Program-made: the position numbers and the translations under genes
Notes under the pieces: generated by a model
The model's database searches: none
What the model saw: only the letters and a program-made list of their open reading frames with translations
Told to the model about the DNA's origin: nothing
Part shown: positions 19,901 through 28,300 of the stretch, one piece after another
Position numbering within the stretch: position 1 is the first letter of the stretch
Layout: every line of letters begins with the position of its first letter
From: a virus
Taxonomy: Duplodnaviria > Caudoviricetes
Direction: 5' to 3' (one strand)
DNA length: 48,296 nt
Virus record (IMG/VR): IMGVR_UViG_3300030708_000704
Span: 1-48,296 of that record

Positions 19901-22900
19901 TTACCCTACTGGTGGAAGTCAAGTATCGTCTATCTCTCAGGGAACTGACGATTCTAAGATTACATTCTTCTATAGAAAAGACTTCATTACAGAATCCTCT
20001 GGTAGTGGTGGCAATATTACCTTTACTGCTCAGTTACCATTTGGCACACAAAGATTTGCCAAGTTTACACCAGAAAACTTTGTAATGACTGTATTGGATG
20101 CAGGATCTGCTACCAATGTTGCAAAAGGTGATATTATCTACTTGACTGAAGATGACATTATTACCGATAACACCACAGATGTTACTAGTGGTTTAAATGC
20201 AGGTAGTGTACAAGTTTCTCTACCAACAGAGTTCTTTGGTACATCTACAACTCCATTCCCTAAACTAAAACTAAGTGCAACTCTAGAACTAAGTAAAGCA
20301 AGACCTAGAATTAAGACTTCTGTTACAAATAAGAGAGTTCTAATTAAGTCTGTTGGAGATAGAGTTGTTCCTATTAGAGGAGAAGATTTCGACACCGAGG
20401 ATACTTCAGTAGCAACATATTCCGATATCTACAAGTTGAGATATGTTTATGAAGGAACATCTTCTGCTCCTCCAGTCATTGATACTGCGGGCAACCTAGT
20501 TACTGGTATTGATGTAACTGAAAGATTTACATTTGATGATGGTCAAAGAGACACTTTCTATGATGTTTCTAGAATTGTTCTAAGACCAGGATTTGATGCA
20601 CCAGTAGGTCAACTAGTAGTTGCATTTGATTACTTCGAGCATTCACAAGGTGATTTCTGCACGGTTGATAGTTATTTACATGAAGCAGGTGTAACACTGG
20701 ATGAAATCCCATCGTTTAACTCTGCAGTACATGGTATTGTATCACTCAAAAATGTATTTGACTTTAGACCTAAAGTAGACTCTACTTCTACGATTACTGG
20801 TTTCCAAGATCAATCTTCCAGAGAGATTATTATCAGAAACTTTATTGGTAGTGGCGGTGTTGCATCTGTTATCCCTGCCCCAGATAAAGGTCTTGAGTAT
20901 ACATTCAAGTTCACTCAAACTGAATTCTTGAATAGAATTGACGGCATCTATCTAAACAAAAAAGGTGAGTTTGTTCTCAAGGAAGGTAATTCCTCCCAGA
21001 ACCCAACAAAACCAGAATTGATTGACGATGCAATTCCTCTCTACTACTATTACATTCCTGCATTCACTACTAGCAGCAGAGATGTAAGAATTACTCCAGT
21101 TGACAACCGTCGTTACACAATGCGTGACATCGGTAAACTAGAGAAGCGTATTGAGCGTCTTGAGTATTATACTACACTTAGCATCCTAGAGCAACAAGCT
21201 CTAAACATGCAAATCAAGGACTCTATTGGTTTAGACAGATTCAAGACTGGATTTGTTGTTGATAACTTTGAAACTCATCGCATCGGTCAAATTTCTTCCG
21301 AAGATTACAAGTGTTCGATTGACACACAGCAGTCTGTAATGAGAGCACCTAATAAGGAAGATTCTTTCTTGCTCAAAGAAATCAACAAAACGGATGATCA
21401 AAGATTTGTTGATGGATATGTAAGAAATGGTGACATGGTAACTCTACCATTCACAGAACTAAAAGTTCTTGGAAATGATTTTGCAACCAAGACTATCAAT
21501 CCAAACCCATTTGTAGCACTGCAGTATGTTGGTGATGGATCACTTTCTCCAGAGATTGATTCGTGGTACGATCAGTCTGTTGAACCTCTAATTGTTGATA
21601 ACAATACTGGATTATATTCTATCTTTATTGCAAAAGAAGATACAACCGAGACATTCTCTAGTATCTTTAATTCTTTTGTAATTAACTGGGTTGGCACATC
21701 TGGCACTTTTGGAAGTATTACTTCTCTTGGAACTACAAACACCGAGCAGTCCAATGCTCAGGTTACTGTAGCAGCAACAGCAAGTAGTTCTAATGTAAGT
21801 CCTGACAACAATGAAATTGGTAAAGGAATCTCTAGCGACTCTGATGAGAAGAGTTCTGTTGCAACTTCACTGAAGTTCTATGCAAGATCTACCGCAGTTA
21901 AGTTTACAATCAAGAGACTAAAACCATTTACTAGAGTATATCCTTTCTTGGATGGTATTGATGTTTCTAGATGGACTAATGCCGATTCTAGATATAGTGG
22001 AGTTGCAGGAAACTCATTAATCGGTTTCAATTCTCCAATCAATACTGATGAAAATGGAAATGCTAGCGGTATTATTCTAATTCCTGCTGGTTATCCACCA
22101 ACGGAGAATGCAACTTGGACTGGTGATGTACAAACACTATCCTATGATTTCACTCAACCAATTGTAAGAATTCCAACAGGAATTAAGACAATTAGATTTA
22201 CTTCTAGTGCTTCTAATGCTGCTAAGGATACCGTAGATACCTACACAGATCTTAAGTTCTATGCTACTGGCAAACTACCACAGAACCCAGCAAGCATCAC
22301 ATCTACCTCCCCTGCATTCTTCAAAGCAAATGAAGGTATTCAGAAGATTGATAGCGTCACGGATGTAGAAGTTAAACCAAATCCACTTGCACAAACATTC
22401 AGTATTGATTCGTTTGAAGGTGGTTTGTTTGTAACCAGTGTCGATCTATACTTTAACTCCAAGAGTGACAGTATTCCTGTAAGAGCATATCTTACAAATA
22501 CTGAGGCAGACAAACCTGCGAAGCACATTCTTCCTGGTGCAGAAGCAACTGTCAATCCAGAGACTAAGATTCGTGTATTTACAAACGGAACTACAACACT
22601 GAAGATTGGTGAATCTATCACTGGTGCTCAGTCTGCTTGTAGTGGACCTTTACTAAAAGTATTGGATACCACAAATATCGAAGTCTCTGCTTCTGCTAAT
22701 GGAAATGTTATTCTTTCTAATGATCAGGTTTATACCCTGGTCCTTTCTAACCACAACGGAAGAGAGTTTAGACAGAACGAGACTTTGATTATTGAATCTG
22801 TAACTTCTTATAATAACGAAAACAATACTCAGTTAGCATTAACTATTGCTAAAGATTCTGGAACTGTTTCTAGTCTATCTGTTACTAGCACTGGTGCTGG

Positions 22901-25157
22901 TTATGAGTCTGCTTTCTTGACATTTGAAAGTCCACAACTACCTGGCGGAAGTCAAGCAAGTGGAGCTGTTAAGATTTCGGGTGGCAGAATCTATTCTGCT
23001 AATGTAGCACTAGGTGGTTCTGGATATACTTCTCCACCTGCAATTGTTGTTAAAGGTGTTGGACAGTCTGCAGCAGGTGCTGTTATTACTGCAAATATCA
23101 CTATCGATAATCCTGCGGTTAAGATGGGTGTTGCTGTTGACACAGGAGAAGTAACTAATTCCACAACTCCAACTAAATTTAAGTTTAAGAATCCTGTCTA
23201 TTTGCAGAATGATGTATCTTATGCACTAGTTGTTGAGACAGATTCCACTGAGTACAAACTCTGGGCATCTAGACTAGGTGAAACAGAGATTGTCACTAGT
23301 TCTCCTGTAACCACACAACCTCTACTAGGTTCTGTATACAAAGCACAGAATACAGATAACTGGACTGAAGATCTATTTGAAGATCTCAAGTTCAATCTGT
23401 ATCGTGCAGAATTTGATATCACCAGACCTGCAAATCTCAAACTTTCCAATGAAGTTCTTGGTTTAGAGAATCTCAAATTGAATCCAATTGAGACTAGTGG
23501 TGTTTCTGATCAGAATGCAACTGCTGAACTATTCAAACTCAATAATAAGTATGTAAAAGTATATCATAAGAATCATGGTTTTGAAGACCGTGGAAATTCT
23601 TATGTCTTCATGACAGGAGCAGATGGTGTAGGTGGTGTTTCAAGCACCCAGTTAAACACAACTCTATTCCAAGTTAAGAATGCTGGTATTGATACTTATA
23701 ATATTATCAATGCAACAACTGCTGCATCTAGTGTTAAGGGTGGTGGTAGTTTAGTTCTTGCTTCTTACAATAGAAAATTTGAAAGACTATATCCACGAGT
23801 TAGTTACCTGTCTTTTAGTGGAACAACTATTGACTCTACTGTAAGAACCACAAACATCGTTCCTGTTGATTCCGATACTAATGTTTATACATCATATTCG
23901 CAAACAGGATATGAGAAGACTTTCTTGAATGAAATTCAATACTTCACAAATCAGAAAGTTATTGCTTCCAACATTAACCAAGTCATGAATAATCTAGATA
24001 ATTCTCTAGAGTATAAGATTGACTTCCGTTCTGATGTTTCATATCTGTCTCCTGCTTTTGATCTTTCTTCTTCCTCTGTAATCACTTCTACAAATAGAAT
24101 TGAAAAAGCAGCAGGTAGTGAGACAAGATTTGGCAGAAGAGATCAAGTGTTGAAACTCAAAGAAGTTTATGAGTTTGGAACAGGATCCTTGACTGGTGGT
24201 GACATTGAGGTAGGAGATTCTATTGAAGGATCTAACTCTAAGGCGAAAGGAATTGTTGTTGCTAGAGCAACAGTTAGTGGTACGCCAATTGTAACAGTAA
24301 GAATTTCTACTGTAAATCCTTTTGTTAAAGGTGATACCCTGTCAATTTCTGGAGAAACAATTACTCCATCGATCACTACCGACCCAGTTAAGATTGAGTT
24401 TGGTGGTACTGATGGTCCTGCAATTATTGCCAATGGTGCAACCATCAAGGCAAGAGATGTCGGTCTAACAAATACATTCGATGCCAAGATTGAAGGTAAA
24501 GTTACATTCTTTGATATCAAGAATCAGACAATTACTGTCAAGAATGACAAGAAACCATTTGGTTCTACAACATTCACTCAAAGCGTTTCCGAAGCTGCAA
24601 TTGTAGAACCTTCAATCGCTAGATCTGGCACTGGTGTTGAAGATATCTTCCGTGTAGGAGACATTATTCAGTACACTGGTCAAGATGAAGATGAAAAGGC
24701 ATATTGGGAAGTTAAGGAATTGACATATACCGATGGTATTGACTATTCTCCAGAAAATAATTTCTCAAATAGTTCTTCTCTTGCTAAGTATGTAACCAAA
24801 GAAATTTCTATTGGAAACCCAGGAACTTCTATCAATGTCAAGTTGACTGCAAATGTCAAAGACATCGAAGACATTCAAGTATTGTTTAGATATAAAGAGT
24901 CTTCTAGTCAAGAATCTTTTGATGTTATTGAATATCAATACTTCAATGGAACTGGATTACCAGATGTTCCAACAGTTGCAACTTCTACCAACACTATTTC
25001 TAGTGTTGTTGAGAAGCAAGAATCTTATCAAGAACTAGAGTACAGTGTAGCAGATCTACCTGAATTCTCATCTTTCGGAATTAAGATTGTCATGAAGTCT
25101 GATAATCCTTCTTATGTTCCTAAGATTCAGGATATGAGAGCTGTTGCTTCTTATTGA
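16986..25157 (+). CDS. Large virion structural protein, VrlC/DUF4815-like
   Basis: N-terminus PYYEDFDASKNFYKILFRPGYSIQGRELTQVQSILQNQIE, plus APGAHRL, LAKRTYDESGDY, RRYTMRDIGKLEKRIERLEYYT, DRFKTGFVVDNF and NPLAQTF. Confidence 0.85.
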   Translation: MPQKTNLNVNPYYEDFDASKNFYKILFRPGYSIQGRELTQVQSILQNQIESFGKNTFKQGELVVPGEVGLNNRLDYVKLSSVSEVAVNEDGSIVFRKYDISQIVGRQLRGLTSGVLANLVAVQKSTETSADTLFVNYLSSGNAGNENTFRQGETLEVVNGVNTPLLVVGTDGSVLPTTVTVVDPDTQAETVLSSPAMGFASAVKVEEGVYFVNGYFVRNDEELFVIDPYYNAPSAKIGFKIEEKIVTPEEDPTLYDNAAGSSNFSAPGAHRLNISLTLEKYSLEETTDKNFIKILTVKSGVIQKQIKPVEYSLIENTLAKRTYDESGDYVVDRFDTEVREYYQKDGNNGIYAADDNNLVNGLSIQDASQKMVVDVGPGKAYIKGYEIVNKETKSIVINKARETVDAENITLKTSGLPTYPITNVFGSVPFNADGADLTAYPDLNLYRTYNDGTIGQNIDFTGASVADPTRTGVETKSTVNRRGTLFTDGQAIKTITVDITKSNLIDKINTTNNLAFSDCCDSNGNLHVVFTYDGGSPETFKTFKLIGFSVKYRPDILAAKRYAELTVLGNKDEVIGLLKEYDEVDGAQTRKLYLSTDTSNANLDPDEVLGYVVDYSEHVTPLIGVAKPSNYTFKENGFGFNPDTDTVISKGKLSGGQSAYNAIFGLGYFGPTFYTKIVLDAPIATGQFSKGKYIFGVNSGAYGVIEGATGSAFTTGNELMVTTLSGKFQPGEVIREEADAQGGTNSARIAINNTISHFIVKFRSQGYAQGSGITINGVAFDTSKVDVELNIDGKVIYIDIKNRNAFTQTYSEPPNVLVDVGSANVTATAKIEAVLFRDTVTTYTPEDVKSFGCAFGSGGSNTFTADIESAKSPYAKLTPVTDFTFTGTEGYKFLSCNGFNGDTTTFLKAGDYVQFTGDDGFTEKAMVLYATKPEGTLKSRIYLDTVLPSDVSNGSVVKVGSIIENGSKGSLIYPTGGSQVSSISQGTDDSKITFFYRKDFITESSGSGGNITFTAQLPFGTQRFAKFTPENFVMTVLDAGSATNVAKGDIIYLTEDDIITDNTTDVTSGLNAGSVQVSLPTEFFGTSTTPFPKLKLSATLELSKARPRIKTSVTNKRVLIKSVGDRVVPIRGEDFDTEDTSVATYSDIYKLRYVYEGTSSAPPVIDTAGNLVTGIDVTERFTFDDGQRDTFYDVSRIVLRPGFDAPVGQLVVAFDYFEHSQGDFCTVDSYLHEAGVTLDEIPSFNSAVHGIVSLKNVFDFRPKVDSTSTITGFQDQSSREIIIRNFIGSGGVASVIPAPDKGLEYTFKFTQTEFLNRIDGIYLNKKGEFVLKEGNSSQNPTKPELIDDAIPLYYYYIPAFTTSSRDVRITPVDNRRYTMRDIGKLEKRIERLEYYTTLSILEQQALNMQIKDSIGLDRFKTGFVVDNFETHRIGQISSEDYKCSIDTQQSVMRAPNKEDSFLLKEINKTDDQRFVDGYVRNGDMVTLPFTELKVLGNDFATKTINPNPFVALQYVGDGSLSPEIDSWYDQSVEPLIVDNNTGLYSIFIAKEDTTETFSSIFNSFVINWVGTSGTFGSITSLGTTNTEQSNAQVTVAATASSSNVSPDNNEIGKGISSDSDEKSSVATSLKFYARSTAVKFTIKRLKPFTRVYPFLDGIDVSRWTNADSRYSGVAGNSLIGFNSPINTDENGNASGIILIPAGYPPTENATWTGDVQTLSYDFTQPIVRIPTGIKTIRFTSSASNAAKDTVDTYTDLKFYATGKLPQNPASITSTSPAFFKANEGIQKIDSVTDVEVKPNPLAQTFSIDSFEGGLFVTSVDLYFNSKSDSIPVRAYLTNTEADKPAKHILPGAEATVNPETKIRVFTNGTTTLKIGESITGAQSACSGPLLKVLDTTNIEVSASANGNVILSNDQVYTLVLSNHNGREFRQNETLIIESVTSYNNENNTQLALTIAKDSGTVSSLSVTSTGAGYESAFLTFESPQLPGGSQASGAVKISGGRIYSANVALGGSGYTSPPAIVVKGVGQSAAGAVITANITIDNPAVKMGVAVDTGEVTNSTTPTKFKFKNPVYLQNDVSYALVVETDSTEYKLWASRLGETEIVTSSPVTTQPLLGSVYKAQNTDNWTEDLFEDLKFNLYRAEFDITRPANLKLSNEVLGLENLKLNPIETSGVSDQNATAELFKLNNKYVKVYHKNHGFEDRGNSYVFMTGADGVGGVSSTQLNTTLFQVKNAGIDTYNIINATTAASSVKGGGSLVLASYNRKFERLYPRVSYLSFSGTTIDSTVRTTNIVPVDSDTNVYTSYSQTGYEKTFLNEIQYFTNQKVIASNINQVMNNLDNSLEYKIDFRSDVSYLSPAFDLSSSSVITSTNRIEKAAGSETRFGRRDQVLKLKEVYEFGTGSLTGGDIEVGDSIEGSNSKAKGIVVARATVSGTPIVTVRISTVNPFVKGDTLSISGETITPSITTDPVKIEFGGTDGPAIIANGATIKARDVGLTNTFDAKIEGKVTFFDIKNQTITVKNDKKPFGSTTFTQSVSEAAIVEPSIARSGTGVEDIFRVGDIIQYTGQDEDEKAYWEVKELTYTDGIDYSPENNFSNSSSLAKYVTKEISIGNPGTSINVKLTANVKDIEDIQVLFRYKESSSQESFDVIEYQYFNGTGLPDVPTVATSTNTISSVVEKQESYQELEYSVADLPEFSSFGIKIVMKSDNPSYVPKIQDMRAVASY

Positions 25158-25166
25158 TTTCCGCGC

Positions 25167-25382
25167 ATGGGTTATATCAAAGTCGAAGGACATGACGGTC
25201 TCGTAAGAGACGAAAACACAGGTGCCATCATCATTCGAGACAATTCTGCCATAGAAGGCAGAAGGAAATCGAAGCAGCTAAGTTCCGCGTTGGAAGACAT
25301 AAATACATTGAAGAATGAAGTCTCTGAAATCAAGTCCCTTCTGCGCGAGTTAATAAAAAATGCCAGCAATTCAAGTAGCTAG
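25167..25382 (+). CDS. Small conserved hypothetical protein with C-terminal coiled coil
   Basis: KVEGHDGLVRDENTGAII followed by heptad-like INTLKNEVSEIKSLLREL; overlaps the next start. Confidence 0.75.
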   Translation: MGYIKVEGHDGLVRDENTGAIIIRDNSAIEGRRKSKQLSSALEDINTLKNEVSEIKSLLRELIKNASNSSS

Positions 25383-28300
25383 AACTGATACCTTTGAACA
25401 GCAAAGGGTCAAAATTAATGAAATTGGAACCAATTTATTCAATGTTACTTCTGGTGGAAGCGATCTCGCCACAGGTAACTTAAAAATTGGTGACGGTACG
25501 CTAGCAGCACCTGCTCTAGCATTTGATAACGAACAAACTCTGGGTCTATACAGACCATCCACAGGTGTCATTGGGTATGTCTCAGCATCGAAACTCTTGT
25601 ATCAATTATCTGATACAGGATTTTTGAGTTATAGAAATTTCATTTTTAGAAAGAATGAAATTAATGACGCTGGTATTGCTATTACTCAAGCAGGACAAAA
25701 CTATGATCCTGGAACATATAATGATATTAGTGTAATTGGTGGCACAGGAACTAGTGCTACTCTAAACATCACTGTAGGTGATTTTATTGGAACCGAGAGT
25801 AGTGGTGCAAACTACACACCTGGAACATATTCTTCTTTGCCTATTGTTGGTGGAAGCACTGCTACTAGAAGTTTTGTTGATTTTACAGTAGATGATATCG
25901 TTGTTGATATCACTAATGCTGGTAGTGGTTATACAGATGGAACTTATCCTGGTGTATCTGTAACTGGTGGTACAGGAACCAGTGCTACCGCAGACATCAC
26001 AGTTACTGGTGGTGTAGCATATGCAGGAAATATTACAGGTGGTTCTGGATATACCGATGGTGTGTATACTCAGGCACTAAGAAATGAAGCGAAGCAAACA
26101 TATGTTGTTACCGTTTCTGGTGGACCTGGAACATATGCATATGTTCTAGATGGTGTTACACAACCAACACTTGCTTTTGAAGCAGCAAGCACTTATAGAT
26201 TTGATGTATCTGATGCTAGTAATGCTGGACATGTTCTTTTCTTACAAGGAACTGGACAGTCAGGAACTCCTCCTGCAGGATTAACACTAACTGCATTTGG
26301 AACTCCTGGTCAACAGGGAGCATATGTTGATGTAATTGTTGAAAGTGGATACTCCTTAACGGGTGCTTCCTACAACTGTGTGAATCACGCTGCTGGTCAA
26401 ATGGGTGGCGACATTACTTTTACTACAGGAACTCCTGGGGTATTTGGTAGTGGTGCTGTAGCAGAAATAACAATTAGTGGTGGAGCATTGACTGCAGTCA
26501 ACTTCACTTCTACAGGAACTGATTACAAAGCAACTGATGTATTAGAAGTACCTCCATTTACTGTTGGTGCTGGAACTGGGGCAGAGTTTGAAATTACAGC
26601 AGTAAATCCAAATGGAACTATTACTGGAGTAACATTTACATCTCCTGGACAAAACTATGTAATTAACGACACTCTATCTGTTAATGCTGCTGATGTTGGG
26701 GGAACAGGTGCAGGTGCTATCTTTACAATCACCAGTGACCCTGGACAAGTAAAGAACTTTGCATTTACTGCTGCTGCCACTGATTACGCTGCTAATGATG
26801 TTCTCACACTAGCAACAGAGCAAACTGGAGTTGCCGCCACTCTTGTAGGTGAAGATGGTGGTAATACAGTACCAGAACTCTCTTTTACTGTTGCAGATGT
26901 ATCAAATATTGTTCCTGGTTCTACGGTCACCGTTACTTCTGGATCTGGAGCACTAGGTGCAGGAACTACCTTAGTACAAGGTATTGATTATGACACTAAT
27001 ATCGTAACTATCGATAACAATCCTGCAACATCTGGTGCAGTGGTATTGACATTCACTCCGCCATATGGAAATCCAACTACGCCATTTACATACACAGTTA
27101 CTAGTGTTGGACCAATTGAATCTGTTACTGTAGGAAATGGTGGTGTTGGATATTTTGATGGAGATACATTATCGGTATCTGCTACAGATTTAGTTCAACC
27201 AATTACATATCCTGTTACAGCAATTGGTTTACAGCAATTAGATTTCGCATCGAATGCAGTTACCGCTGGTACATTTACAACATCTCAATCCGTTACAGGA
27301 AAAGATGGAACACCAACTGCATTATCTACAACTGCTTCTACGCAATTGTCTGCTAATGTTGTTGGTCCATTAGCAACAACATTAACTACTACCGTAGCAC
27401 AAGTTACAGTTTCTAGCACCGCTGGTATTTCTGTTGGATATATTGTAACTGCTACAGGAACTGGAGCATTAGGAGCAAATGTAACTGTTGCTTCTGTTGA
27501 TAGTGGTACAGAAGTAACATTATCTGCAAATCCAATTGCATCTGGTGCTGCAGACTTAACATTTACAGAAGATCTCGCACAAACTTATTCTTCAGTAGCA
27601 ACTAGCACTAATAGTGCTAATGGTAATTCGGAAACTGTAACAGTTACTAGAGATTCTTCTGGTAATGTTAGTAGTGCCATTTCAGATCAGGCAGGATTTT
27701 TCTATGCAATTGGGGACACATTAACTGTTGCTGGAAACTTAGTTGGTGGAGCAACTCCTGCAGATGATATTACATTAACAATCGATGCAGTAACAGACCT
27801 CAGTCCAACACAAATCAGAGAAGTTAATGAGTCTGGTGGATTCACAACTTCGATTCTTGTCGATGATGGTTCTTATGCCGACAATCAACAAATTGTTATT
27901 GAAGGATCCACATCTCCACAATACACTATTGCTACTGCTAGCGCATCTGGAGGTAAGTTTGGTTATCTAATCGATAGTGGTTCTGGACCAGTATTTAATC
28001 CAGATCTGACACTATATGTTGGAAACACATATAGATTTGATGTGTCGGACTCTTCAATGTCTGCACATAGTTTCAGGTTCTCTCAATTCCCAGGCGGTAT
28101 TCATGATAATGGTGTTGTTGATAATGTAACATCTACATTGACTGCAGGTAGTGTAAATGTAACTGTTGCTAGCAGCACGGGTATTTTAGTTGGTATGGCA
28201 GTCAGTCTTGATAGCGGTGCTGGCACATTACAAAGCGATACTAAAGTTGCCTCTATTGTTGATGCAACTACAATTACTGTAGATAAAGCACCAACAGTAG

